From contig CAXHJY010001492.1 in NCBI GenBank assembly GCA_964016885.1, positions 106,134 through 170,133 of the forward strand: a DNA stretch of 64,000 nt. The letters are read 5' to 3'. The translations under genes were made by a program, and so were the position numbers. Source of the stretch: Eledone cirrhosa. Its lineage: Eukaryota. The notes beneath the pieces are model-generated. The model did not search any database and had not been told where the DNA came from. It saw nothing but the letters and a program-made list of their open reading frames with translations. Below, piece after piece: positions 40,836 through 58,232 of the stretch; the first letter of the stretch is position 1; each line of letters starts with the position of its first letter.

Positions 40836-41972
40836 TACTTACGTAACAGCTCAGATGATCTCAGACTTAGCCATAGACACAACAACACTATGTTGATTAC
40901 AAAACATGAACTATTTACATCCTTACTTCATGTCCGACGCCCTTTCAAACTAGTTGCTGTGTGTTTCGTTAGATTGTAAGATTAAGTTTGAAAATATTTC
41001 CATGATGCGATTATTAAAAAGAGGGAGGAAAGCATTCCATTGAATCATGAGATCCTGTCTTCTGTACGTTTGCCAGAAGGTCAATCTTCTTTCACCACAT
41101 TTAACAGAATAAGAGTTTTTTTAAATTATCAGCTTCGATGAATTCTTGAGATAGCAGGTGTAATTTATTATGATTTATACATTTAGGAATCCTCAAGGAA
41201 TTCTTAGAATCTATCTTATATCAGAACCTAGCGTTTCTTTACGTTTTAAATCTCAGTGAATATTATTAAATATTCCCTTATGTATATTCAGCTACTTATA
41301 GATAAACGGAAGTTTTCGTTATTTTAATAGCCTATCAATTACATATTTTGGTTTAATATTAACAATTTAAAAAATGTTAATCACATAATATCAATTGCAA
41401 GACCATAATTATTGAAACAATGAAGTCTATTTAAATAGAAAGCTTTTTAGAGAAATATATCCGTACTCTCTGTGTAGTTATCTAGATTTGCATTCGTGAA
41501 ATTTGACATATAAATATATTATCAAGTCCTTATCATATCAATGGATACAACATTCCTTACGACTGATATTTCATATTATATCAATGTGTTTATAAGTCAG
41601 TGAGAGGGTCTCTATGTAGTCTTAGGTGTGCTAGAAACAGTAGCTCAATAAATATCCTTCTAGATCAAATACTATCATCATAAGAAAGAACACATTGGAT
41701 AATGTTGTGGGTGATACCGACTTTGATACAAATCAAGGAGGGGGGTGTTATAGCTGGGGAGCATTTCATCATAGAATGAAATAAATTGGGACTACATGCA
41801 AATAGACAGTTAAAAAGGGTACTCAATACTTTAGTATAGTGTAGGGATATGTATATTATTATACAAATGACTTCTACAGGACTAGAGCTGCTTTATTCGT
41901 AAGAAATCATTAGAAGCATTTCTAATGATTTCTTATGTGTGTGTGAGAGAGTGAGAGAGAGAGAGAGAGAGT

Positions 41973-42004
<32 letters not shown>

Positions 42005-42647
42005 CTCACTCGTGTGTGTTGTATGTAATGTCAAACTGACCCAGCTGTAATTCGAACTCTTCTCCAAGTATGCATATTTATCAAAGTTTGCAGACCACAT
42101 TAATATGTTTTGGTGTGGTTTACACCTAACTACGTTTTAGAGGAATTTTCCGAATTCCACCGAAACGGAAACGAAGATAATTCTAGAGAGAAAAATAGTA
42201 TAAATTTGCCATTATAGAATAACATTCTTTGGAATACGGAACCGAATACATTTTTTCTTGAAAATAGATACATTTTGTGTATGTATGTGTGTTTATAAAT
42301 GCGTTTGTTTCTGTGTGAATGAGTGAGTGTGAGCGTGTGTGTGTGTGATTGTATGTGTATGCGTGTATATACGTGGCTGTAAGTATGTGTATGTATGTTA
42401 ATGTGTATATATGTTAATGTGTGTGAATGTGTGTGTGTGGGGGGGGGGGGTGATATGTTAACGAGGGTCTGGCATTATTCTAGCCTCCCGATAGTTGTAA
42501 ACATATATTTGTAGGATCCAATGGTGATTAAAGGACACAAGATAAGCCCTAATGATATCATAAATTATCAGGGAATTGGTTAAAAGTTATTTGGATTGGA
42601 TTTCCGTATCAGGTCACATGATTTTCTCCAAAATGGCTAACTGAATA

Positions 42648-42850
42648 CACACGTGCTTTTTCTCAAATAAATCATTTCCCCCTCCTTCCTCTTTTCACTC
42701 TCTATCTTTCTATTTCATATTTCATTTCTCATTCTAACTTCTGACGAAGGACCAGTGTCGGAAACGCAAAATCACCCTTTATACTATATCAAGCATTAAG
42801 CTAATTTATTTTTTCATTGAACTGTATTGTTTTCGTTTACTTTTTGCATA
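42648..42850 (+). mobile_element. Family A cassette with HHR motif (42738-42770)
   Basis: cttCTGACGA a ggac-cagt-gtcg GAAA cgca; flanks match the other family A copies. Confidence 0.65.
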
Positions 42851-44997
42851 TGTATATATTGAGTGGAGGGGGGGGGGGGGGGCATGTGCGTGCCTGGAAA
42901 TAGATATTAGTTTATTATGACCAGGTTCAAAGATTTATGTCTTTAAGGGAGAAGAAACGAAGGTTGCGATGAACATGTATTGTAGAATACCCTCAGTGAA
43001 GTTCTGCAGAACGGAACCCCTAACCTTGCGATTTCTTTAACACTCATAAACTATACAGCATACTTGCTCCCATTTGTTCACTTATCTGTTAGGTGAGAGC
43101 CGATAATACAACCCAATGTACTTAGGAGTAAACAAAATGCGAACGAAGTTTGTATTCATGTTTTTCCCTTAATAGAATTTTGTAGTGAGTGCACAACGTG
43201 AATCTGCGTGGTAGAGATAAAAAAACAGATTTAATCTATGATTTGAAGCTGCGTTTCTTAGACAATAACTTATCGCTCTTATCTACTGTTTTCCTACAAC
43301 TTTCTTTCAACCGACCATTCTTTGTTTTGCTTTCCCAATTATCCTCCATTTTTCATCCAGATGTTTCTTTCATATTCTCCATTTTATTTTAACTTACTTT
43401 TGATTTGGGGGACATTTTGTTTTTCAAAATCAGTGAACAATTATATACTAGTTATTAATATTTTTTTTATATTTTATTTTTAATAAATCGGTTCTGAAAT
43501 GTTCTTTACGTACCAACCCAGACTGTCTTTGTCTCTGTTTGGTGAAGTTTCAACACATAATCATTACACTTTATCATACATCTCCTTTTGAAAGTTATAA
43601 ACCAAGAATGCTGTACTTTTTATCTTCCTGAACTAATGCACCGTACACTGCCAATACTTTCTTTTCTTTTCTTTTCTCTAAACTATTCAATTCACTTTAG
43701 TATTCCTTCATCATATCTCACACCCAGCTTCATTTCTTGATTCTGGTAAATGAACTTTACATACGTTGTTTGTTATTCGGCACCAGATCAGTCCTCGTCA
43801 CCCAAATCTTAAGCTATTAAAAGACTTCTATTCGTAACCATTCAATATTTCCTATAACTAGGACTCTATTCTTCAATGGGTCTTTTGTGTAATTCACTAG
43901 GATGTGATTTGATGGAATCTTGCAATTCTTTTCAGCAGATCATGCAACCTTACACACCACCAAAGGTTTCTCTTCAACCACCTAATAATGTTTTCTAACC
44001 ATTTGTCAATCCCATATCCAAACCCATAGTCATGTCCATAGCCAAACGCATAACCAAACTTATAGACAAGTCCAAAGACACACCCATAGTCAAGTCTATA
44101 GCCACATCCAAACCTCTATAAGTAGGTGGGATACTAGAAACTATGTCTTCTGTGTAGTTCAACTATACGAAATCATATTCTCCAAACAAACAGAAATCAA
44201 TTTCCAACAGAATTTAATTTTCTACGTTTTAATAAGAAACCTAGTAAGAATTCGATGATTTTACATGAAAATAAAGGATTTGATTCTCGCTTCGAAAATT
44301 ATATTAGATACATTCGATACTGGAATCAAAGAAACTTTCATAACGGACAAAAATGAAATTAAATTTAATTTCCTTATTCTATAAGATTTAGCTGTAGCTT
44401 TGTTACAGAGTCCCTTGTGTGAATCTAACAATTGTAAGGAATTCAAATAAGATTTCAATACACAATAGACATTTTTTAAATCTTTGTTTAATTAGATATT
44501 AATAAGCATTGAATTAGACAAAAGTCAATCAAATTTGATAATCTGATTATCTAATAAATCGACCTTTCCACCTCTTCTGATTTAACACTATTTAACCATC
44601 AATTTAAGACATCTCAAGACGAAAACTTTTGTTATTAGTTTCAGTTTTAAAGAGTCTGTGAAACGTGACCTTTATTTCTTTAACAAATGACCTGACATGT
44701 TGCAAGAGAGTAAATCTGTTATATTGGAACTTATTGGATTCGATATTAATTGGTCTCTGACATATCTTTCTGCCATAAATTATCGAATCTTTCATAATAT
44801 TAATCTGTTCAATCAGTTGTGTATGTCGGACAAAAATGTCAGGGTTCGTAATAGTACAGACACCACCCCCCATGGCTACTTAACCACCATTATTAGACAA
44901 CATTTCGTGAATATAACAATAACAACAACAACAGATGCTACCATTGCCATTGTTGTTTTTTGCTGTTGTTATTGTTGTTTTTATTGCTGGGGATTAT

Positions 44998-45023
44998 AAT
45001 GATGTTGATGTTGATGATGATGA

Positions 45024-45054
<31 letters not shown>

Positions 45055-45172
45055 GATGATGATGATAACGATTATGATGATGATGATGATGATGATGAGG
45101 ACAACGATGACGATGATGATAATGATGATAACGATTATGATGATGATGATGATGATGATAATGATGATGATA
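44998..45172. repeat. (GAT)n trinucleotide repeat
   Basis: Direct reading. Confidence 0.95.
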
Positions 45173-45384
45173 GAAGCATCAAGCACTTGAAGCATGAAAA
45201 CATTGCAGTAATTTACTAACAATCATACCGCACTGCGACACTACCAACTGAATTAGTAAGTACAATGATATAGAGAAAGATGGCGGACATTAGTCAGGAT
45301 ATTATTACACGCTTACTACAATATATTAAACTATACTAAGTTATAATATAATAAACAGATATGTATTGTACGAGGAAAAGACAA

Positions 45385-45745
45385 GATGGTCACGGCTGGA
45401 ATACCGATGATCGTAACTCTGCTAACACAGAGTGGTCACGGCTGGAATATATATGATCATAACTCAACTGTGGTCATAGCTAGAAAACTTATAACTATAA
45501 CTTTACTCATACAGGATGGTCTTGGCTGGAATATATATGACCATAAGTTTACTCACACAGGAAGGTCATGGCTGAGATATATATGACCATAACCCTACTC
45601 ACACAGGATGGTCACGGCTGAACTATCTTTAACTATAACTCTACACACTCAGGGTGGTCACAGCTAGAATACATATAACTATAACTTTACTCTACACAGG
45701 ATGGTCACGGCTGGAATATCTATGGCCATAACTCTACTCACAAAG
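45385..45745. repeat. Diverged ~45-bp tandem array
   Basis: About 8 units of ggatggtcacggctggaatat...ataactctactcacaca. Confidence 0.85.
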
Positions 45746-46727
45746 ACCTGACAGAGAATGATATCCAATTCTACTCGGAACCCTATTTATATATCTTTAC
45801 TAACATGTTAGATTATACCACGGCATTACACTCCATTTTACTAAAATGTCAGAGATTATTCAGAAACAAATACTCCACCATACTAATACATTTACAGTTT
45901 TGTGTGCATAAAATACATTAAACGTTTAACATTTAAATTACTCTATATTTACTATTGTATTTTCATGGTAAAGTCTTTATCTCACACAAATATCGAATCT
46001 ATGAGCTTTTGATATTATTTATTTGGAGAACAATACCCTAAACATCAGTATGAGCGAAGGGTTACATCCAGTTTGAACAGAAAGAGGTGAGAGAAATCTG
46101 GCCAGATACGGCCGGTTTAAATGTTAAAGGGTTAAACATACCCTGAACTAAAGCTCATATCATTGAGTTCAATTTTAGCTTAATTTTAGCTTTCGTTCTT
46201 CCGGGGTCGATAAAATAAAGTACCAGTTAAATAGTGGGGACGATATACCCGTCTTTGCCCCTCCCTCATGTTGCTAACCTTGTGACAATATGTAATATTT
46301 TGATATATAATATATTATATTATATTATATTATAACATGGAACTTCATTTAGCATCTTTTCACGCTGACGAAATAAGCAGACGATAACATGTTGAAAACA
46401 CGGAAAACAGCCATCAAGCACCAATTAAGCATTATTTCTATTTCTCTCATAGGAATACATGGTATGTGTTAGAGATCGCATAAAAAGCCATCCATTACAA
46501 TAAAGTCGAAACGATCCTAGAGAAACAAGAAACAGGGTCCTTAATGTTATATTCATTGCATGTTATTGTGCATTGAGGTTGCAGAAACGACATAGTGTTC
46601 ACCAACATGCCTAGATGTATTTAAGTGCAGTTCTTTACGCTCTAATATCGAATCAAAGCGAAGATAAAAAAAAATTATGTACTTTACCCTTATATCGATA
46701 TGTGATTCAGACTTTCATAATATCAGG

Positions 46728-46786
<59 letters not shown>

Positions 46787-46787
46787 T

Positions 46788-47062
46788 ATATTGTTACAGT
46801 TCGGGAGGGTCATGCTACCAATAATAACAAACGCACCTGTTAGTTTTCACTTCAATGTATTATAGCGGTCACAGAGTGTGTGTGACGAATGAACTTTGAC
46901 AATATACAAAACAACCTTCCGGTTATGGAACCAACCTAGCAACCTACCAACCAGAAATTTATAATAAATTGAAGTGAAAACCAACATGTGTGTGTACTTA
47001 TTGGCAGATATGACCCTCCCAAAGTATAACAATATCTGTTTCAACACGAGCCTTCAAATAAG
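46788..47062. mobile_element. Family D cassette with inverted ends between (TA)n arrays
   Basis: tattgttacagttcgggagggtcat..ccaataa versus ttattgg..atgaccctcccaaagtataacaata; related ends at 33558 and 38063. Confidence 0.65.
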
Positions 47063-47092
47063 AAATTTTGTAAAATAAATTCAAAAACGAAG

Positions 47093-48173
<1,081 letters not shown>

Positions 48174-48603
48174 CGTACACAGAGAGAAAAAGGATGACAC
48201 ACACATACTAAAAGTAAACCACACACGGTCAGATACACACAGACAGACATAAAGCCTCTCTCTCTCTCCTCTGTGTATCTCTCTCTCTCTCCAAGCTTTC
48301 TCATTAATCGCTGTGAAGATTTACTGCGAACAACATTCTGGAAAAATGTCTTCTCATAAAAAGACATCATATAATATTTGACTTTCAAACTCGCTGTTAA
48401 CGTCATTTATAATTACAACACTATTTAAATGTTGGTCATTTCTGCTAGAAATTGCAATAAGCACGAACTCTCTTCTCTCTCTTTCACACACAAACACACA
48501 CTCTCTCTCTCACACACACACAAACTGTCTCTCTCACCACACACACTCTCTCTCACACACTCTCTCTCTGCCTCTCACACACACACACACTCTCTCTCAC
48601 ACA

Positions 48604-48660
<57 letters not shown>

Positions 48661-48869
48661 CGTCTGTCTCTCACACACACACAGACTGTCTCTCTCTCTC
48701 TCACACACACACTATCTTTCTCTCTCTCTCACACACACACACACCGTCTCTCTCTCCCCCTCTCCTTCACCTCGTCGGTGGAGTAATTGTTGTTCGTGGT
48801 ACTGGTGATGGTAGTAGTAGTGTAATAGAAGTAGTAGTAGTACGGGTGATAATAGTAGTAGTAGTACTG

Positions 48870-48905
<36 letters not shown>

Positions 48906-49384
48906 ATAATAGTAGGGGTGATAGTAGTAGTAGTAGTAGTAGTAGTAGGGGTGATAATAGTAGTTGTAGTAGTAGTAGTAAGTATGATAGTGGTGTTGGT
49001 GATGGTGGTAGTAGTAGTGATGACTGTGGTGGTAGTGGTAGTAGTGTGTATGTTAGGGTGATGATGGTATTTTTTGTAATTGTAGTGTTATATTCTCCAG
49101 TCCATTTCTCTATGGAGATGATGATGATGGTATTGGTAGTGATGGCGGTGGCGGACCACACACAAGATTTCTCGTTTGCTAGAAAGAAGGCACGTATATG
49201 GTGTGTGTGTGTGTGTGTGTGAGTGTATGTATGTGGTGTGTGTGTGTGTGTGTGAGTGTATGTATGTGGTGTGTGTGTATGTGGTGTGTGTGAGTGTATG
49301 TATGTGGTGTGTGTGTGTGTGTGGTGTGTGTGTGTGAGTGTATGTATGTGGTGTGTGTATGTATGTGGTGTGTGTGTGTATGTG

Positions 49385-49424
<40 letters not shown>

Positions 49425-50409
49425 GGTGTGTGTATGTATGTATATGTTGTGTGTGTGTATGTATGTATGTATGTGGTATATCTGTTTAACTATGACATTA
49501 TACAAGTTGTTCCCTCAAAATGGCAGAATTTAAGTCTGTTTTATACCAGAGTAGACTTATGGAACTCGTCATATGTATAAACCAACACGGGTATACATAC
49601 ATATATACATACATACATTCATACTACGTAGATACATACATACGTACATACATACTTACATACTTACATACCTACGTGCACACATACTTACATATATACA
49701 TACCTACGTATGTACATATATGAATATATATGAACTACCAGCGAGAACAATAGCCAGTCGTCTTATAAAACAATCATAGAGAAAAATGATGACGTATAGG
49801 AAAGAACAATCAGCTTCACTAATGAGAAAACTAATTAGTGCTAATTTATCATCGTTCCTTCCAGTCTATATCATTTCATCTCCTAATACAATGGCCGACT
49901 TCTTTTGTTTATCTTATGTGCAGACGTAATGAAAGAATATTATACATGGAGGTCAGCCATTACTATTTATCTCTCCCGACGTCTTTGCCTTTTCAACAAT
50001 TACTTTATATCCATATTGATTGCTGTGATTGGTTTGTGCCATTCAATATGAAGCCTTAGATTAGTGAACTAGATTTTCGAAATGTTTTCAATGAAAGATG
50101 GAGGCGTTTGATTTACGATGCTGCGATGCCATTTTCGCGTTTCTCCTCACGGTATAATTGATGTGCATTTTTCAATAATTTCTCAATAACTTTCTTTCAA
50201 AATATCCACTTCAATTGTCAATACATTTAATGCAATGGAGCGTTGAATTAAATATTTAGTTTCAGTCGACTTGCTCTTTCATCCTCCTTTGGGGGTTTAA
50301 TAAAATATGAACCGGTGATATATTGGAGTCGACTCGGTGCTTCCATTATACACATTCCCCTAAACAAAAAATGTGTGAACTTGCATTGTATTATTTATTT
50401 TTCCTGTCT

Positions 50410-50630
50410 GGTGGGGTTCCTTGGTAGTATCGGTAGAGCGTCGGACAACATGCTTTGTGGCATAGAGTTACAGCTCTTCTACTCACGTTCTGAGATCAAA
50501 TCCTGTCGAGGTTAGCTTTGCTTTTCAGCTTTTCGGAGTCGATAAAATAAAATAATTGTAAGGTACTGTAAAATACATGATAGTTGATAAAATAAAGTAC
50601 CAGTGTCATTACTGGGGTTGATTTAATCGG
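50410..50630 (+). mobile_element. SINE family 1
   Basis: ggtagtatcggtagagcgtcggac..gagatcaaatcc..gtcgataaaataaa. Confidence 0.8.
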
Positions 50631-51284
50631 AACAGGTCCCAGATTTATGGAGAATCAATTCTTTAGGGTTTTGTTCCCCTTTCACCCTCACCTGTCGCAG
50701 AATCTCCACAAGGTACAACGCCATGAAGTCAAAATACATTTTTGCAATATAGACAATAAATCGATTTGTTAAATGTGCCATCGTAGTCAAGATTTCGAAA
50801 TTGTTTAGTTGTCCATTATATTTGATGAGCCACTACAGGAATTATAAATAATCATTGCTTCTGTTAAGCCAGAGTTTTCTATATAAAACACCAAGATATA
50901 AAGAAACAGTTGGTGAAACTGTTGGAAGTCATCAAATATCTATCGTATATCATTATCAACTTATAAGAGTTAATATCCACGGTCATCCTCTTCTTCACTA
51001 TTGTTGGTGTTTCTGTTTCTCAGATCAACGTAAACCTGAATGTGCAGATGTGATCAATAAAGTTCCATATATTCTTTCGCAAATTAGGTACTATATTATC
51101 CTGGGTAATTTCTTTAAGACGGTAGAGAGATATTTGGAGCAGACTGGACATAGGGCTGTTATTTCTAGTAAATCAAGCAACCTCACAAATGCTTCCATCA
51201 TTGGCTCCAGCATGAAATTACGTTGCATCTCGTATAAGACCATTCAACAGATAATCACTGGATATATATCTATATCAGAAACAA

Positions 51285-51560
51285 CTATCTCCAATTAATC
51301 CGGCTGAATCACCAAATGAGACCAGCCGAGTTCATGGATGTTATCCAACCATCTTGATCGGAGTCTACCCCTGGGTCACCTGTAGGCTGGTTTTGTCCAT
51401 GCCCATGAAATCTGTCAGGCGATCTTTAATGAGATATTTTAATCACATTGGCAGTAGTATATGGGCTGTGATCTCTCAATTCGGTGAAGTAGCAGCTCTA
51501 TCTGGAGAGACTGTCTGATCTTCGAGCTACTCAATCTATCGAGTAACGACACCCGAAAAA
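51285..51560 (-). mobile_element. Decayed RTE-clade LINE ORF2 3' end
   Basis: The minus strand reads SLQIELLLHRIERSQ..NVIKI.. and PRGRLRSRWLDNIHELGWSHL across frameshifts, resembling RTE C-termini (IERSQLRWxGHV..RGRPRxRW). Confidence 0.75.
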
Positions 51561-52411
51561 CCCTTCAGAGGATCCCTATCTCTGCCGTATTCGCCAAATT
51601 ATTGGCGTCGAGAATTCTAGAGAAATAACTGTGACAATGGACAATGTTTCGAGGCAAGATTGCAACAACTCAATTTACCAAGCTTGTCTTTCTTGTTCTA
51701 CGCTAAAAATAGATAGATGCTTGCTATCTAAAGTTAAGTCTAATCTATCAATGCTTACATTTTATCATTTCATCTACAGATGTAAGCAAATATTTATTTG
51801 TTTACAAAAAGAAACAATACAAATACCAACTACAAAACAGACTAATTTAAAACAAACACTAAAAATAACAAATACATACATATATAAATATATATATATA
51901 TTCATATATATATATATATTCATACATATATATACATATATATTTATATACATATATACATACGTGCATGCATACATACACACACGTAAGCAATAATATA
52001 ATAATAAAGATAAGTAATGATATAGATTATAATCAATAAATCCATCAATAAATGCCAAAACAAAATGGAAGATATATATCTTGCGATGCATAAACTATGT
52101 TTTATTTTTAAATCTTTAGTAATCCAAACATTGTACCAGTTTAACTCCCAATTGACCTTGACATAGTTCTCCTATAACAATATATAGACTATTGATATTA
52201 AGACAAATTACTCGAGACGGTGGAGCGGGTTATTTTAGTGTTTGTTTTGTTGTCTTTGTTGTTGTTGTTATTCTGTTTGTGTATATTTTTATTGCTGTTG
52301 TTATGGATATTGTTGTTGTTTCCGGTTGGGGGTGTTATTGATGTTATTGGTGCTTGTGTTGTTATTCCTATGAATGTCGTTTATTTGTGGTCTTTTGTTT
52401 TGTTAGTGTGA

Positions 52412-52660
52412 AGTCGTGTGGCTTAGTGGTGAGGGAGGATTGGCTGCGTAACCGTGAGGTTGTGAGTTCGATTCCCGGTCAATGCCGTTATGTCCTTGAA
52501 CACTTGAGCAAGACACTTTATTTCACGTTGATCTCTCTGACAGGAGTTTCAACGACCGGGAGATAGTATCAGCAATTGGAAAGACCAATAGAAAGATAGG
52601 TCGGATCTTACGAGTTCCCCGCCACGATATAGACGAATGAGATCTGGGATCTTGTTCATT
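52412..52660 (+). mobile_element. SINE family 2 (tRNA head plus CORE-like body)
   Basis: gtggcttagtggt..gagttcgattcc..ttgagcaagacactttatttcacgttg. Confidence 0.8.
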
Positions 52661-52869
52661 CCTTCGTTGTTATTGTGGTCTTCTTGGTGTGTTTGTCGTG
52701 GTTGTTATAGTTATTGTGGTTGTTGTTGCTATGGTTTATGGCGGTGTGGTATCGTCATTCATTGCTATTCTTTTTATTCTTCTTGGTGTTGTTGAGGTCG
52801 TCATCATCATCATCATCATCATCATGTTGCTGTTGACGTCATCTTAGTCGTTGTTATTTGCTGGTTTCA

Positions 52870-53090
52870 GTGACGATGGATTAGCAGTAATCGATAGAAC
52901 GTCGGACAACATGCTTTCAGCATAGAGTTACGGCACTTTACGTTCTGTATTCAAATCCCGCCGAGATTAGCTTTACTTTTCATAATTTCGAGGACGATAA
53001 CTAAAGTACCAGTAACATACTGGGGTCAATGTAATCCCCTTTACCCTTCCCTAAAACTCCTGATATTGAGCCTAAATCAGACACCAATGC
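52870..53090 (+). mobile_element. SINE family 1, near full length
   Basis: tgacgatggattagcagtaatcgatagaacgtcggac..ttcaaatcccgccgag..aagtaccagta. Confidence 0.8.
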
Positions 53091-53104
53091 GTTATTTTCT
53101 GTTA

Positions 53105-53571
<467 letters not shown>

Positions 53572-53720
53572 AAGTATTAAAAAAATAATGAATAAAACAA
53601 TGAAACAGTTCCTTATATTAAACAAGAAAAGTTCATTATTTAACGATCGTTTCTAGGACATATATGTGTTAGAATTGGACACTACCGTAAACTCTTGGTA
53701 GATTTATCTACATATATATG

Positions 53721-53752
<32 letters not shown>

Positions 53753-53755
<3 letters not shown>

Positions 53756-53945
53756 GGAGATCTCTCACATGGTACCATGGGCCCAGCACTATGTGTCAAT
53801 AATTGTCACAAGTGTAGTGTTTGTACCAGAGTTTTCAAGTCGCTGGCTGGACTAAAAAGTCACACTTGTTCAGCGCATCGGTAGTGGTTCTCCTACATGG
53901 ATATAAAGTAGTGGCCGTACTCGAAAACGAGTTGGCAGCCACCAT
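53753..53945 (+). mobile_element. 3' end of an RTE-like LINE with terminal C2H2 zinc finger and 3' stem-loop, in (TA)n
   Basis: Frame 53753-53884 reads SGDLSHGTMGPALCVNNCHKCSVCTRVFKSLAGLKSHTCSAHR* (C-x2-C-x12-H-x4-H); 3' hairpin gtggc..ctcg-aaaa-cgag..gccac at 53911-53942. Confidence 0.7.
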
Positions 53946-53953
53946 ATATAGTG

Positions 53954-53984
<31 letters not shown>

Positions 53985-54198
53985 TTATATATATATAAAG
54001 TATATATGTGCATATATATGATATGTGTGTGTGTTTGTAGGTGTGTGTATATATACATCCATAAATATATAGTTATGGCTGGAAGGAATGCAGAAAAGAA
54101 GGAAATGTGAAACGATAAAGTTGATAAAAATGAAATAAAGATTTAAAACATAAAAAATCAGTACATTTATTGATAGAGACACACATTAAAATATATAT

Positions 54199-54289
<91 letters not shown>

Positions 54290-54361
54290 CATTAAAGGGC
54301 GAAAATGGGTAGAGATCAATATAAGTGTATCTATGTGTAGTTTAACCACATACATACACGT

Positions 54362-54442
<81 letters not shown>

Positions 54443-54940
54443 ATAAAAGAAGCAAACAAAACATAGTCAATTTTTACACAGTTATATTAGGTTCACGCTT
54501 GGTGTGTGTGTTATATACATATATACATAATACGTGTGTATGTGTTTGGATGTGGGGAGGTTGTGTGTGTGTGTCACACATACAGACAGACAGCAATGTT
54601 GAACGTTTTAGAAGTGCAAATTTATTCCAACTGAAAATAGTAGGAATTAAGTGGAGGAATTATGATGTCAAGTTTTAAGCTAGGAGGGGGGTGCCTGTTG
54701 CGGCTAGGGTGGTGTTTGACCTGGGGTGAGGTCTATCATGGCTAGGGTGGTGTCTGACCTGGGGTAGTGTCTGTCACGGCTGGAACGGTATCGGACTTGG
54801 CCAGGACTTTGTTGTTCATACATATATTGATGAGGTCGATAGTTTTATATCTAGAACCATTAAGACTTTGGATTCAGTACTTGGTGACTAACATAGTTGG
54901 TACATTGCCAGGAACGATAATCAAATAGAGATCCATTCAG

Positions 54941-55015
<75 letters not shown>

Positions 55016-55244
55016 TACACAGGCACCACTATCACACACACTTCATACATACAAAAGTTATGATATTCATATTAATGTGCACAAATATATATATTTATAT
55101 ATGAGTGTGTGTGTGCGTGTGCGTGTGCGTGTGCGTGTGTGTGTACTCATGTGTGTAAATTCGCAATGGATTCTATCCCATTATAAAACACACACATAAT
55201 ACATCATACATATACATGTTATATTTGAATTGATGTGTATATCT

Positions 55245-56823
<1,579 letters not shown>

Positions 56824-57119
56824 ACTGGACATTATATGTATAATAGTGTGTTCACTCTTCTCTACATCCAAGATACACATACACACACATTCACAACCAA
56901 AATACAATTACTTCTATACATAATTATACAAATTAATGTGCATATAGGAGGGGGCGTGTGTTTGTATGTGTGTATGTGGGTGTTGTGTGTATGTGTGTGT
57001 ATAGATGAACGTGTAAATAAATATATATCACCTTACATACACACAAACATACATGCATACACGCTTACATACACATACATGCACAATTCCATACACGCAT
57101 GCCTACATACTTCCATACA

Positions 57120-57284
<165 letters not shown>

Positions 57285-57479
57285 CAGAGAGGTAATAGAC
57301 ACAAGTACGTTACAGTGAACGACTCAACTATCCAGAAAATGAGGCATTATTTTTTGGTGTACATTGGTCAATAAATAATAGAAAATTAATTAGATCTCTG
57401 ACAGCAATGTATATATATGTAAAGGACATGGAACGGAATGGAGCAATCTCGTGTATATATTAAATAAAATACACGCATA

Positions 57480-57514
<35 letters not shown>

Positions 57515-57732
57515 ATAAAACACACTCATATATACAAAAACTCTCAGCTGGAACACGTAATAGAATACTATACACACACCCATATATATATATGTATATA
57601 TATATGTATTAATTAATGCACAAATAATATGTATAGAGAAACGCTAGTGCCCTTTACTATATACGTATATACAAATTCAGAAACGAAATATATATATATA
57701 TATTATGATTATAATAATAAGATATATATAAT

Positions 57733-57915
57733 AATAATTGTTTCTACTTTTAGCACAAGGCCAGCAATTACCCAGTACATTACTGCTACTTTATTTTATC
57801 GACCTCGTAAGGATGAAAGGCAAAGTTAACCTTGGCGGGATTTGAACTCAGATCATAAAGGGACGTAACTCTAAGCTTCAAAGCATGGCGTCCTACTCTC
57901 TACCGATACTGCCAA
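57733..57915 (-). mobile_element. SINE family 1, near full length
   Basis: Very similar to 13108-13288. Confidence 0.9.
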
Positions 57916-57924
57916 AATAATAAT

Positions 57925-58076
<152 letters not shown>

Positions 58077-58173
58077 CAGCAGTTCTGACTAGTAAAACCA
58101 TGTTCAGCTAAGTACTGGATTTTTGGGAATGTAGTGTGCATGGTTAGATGTATAGGGGAACGTTAGTGGCGTT

Positions 58174-58232
<59 letters not shown>

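Noticed and set aside
44935-45219. Signal-peptide-like plus poly-Asp ORF
   Set aside because: Built from adjacent (GTT)n and (GAT)n microsatellites, starts at a non-convincing site and is open in several frames.
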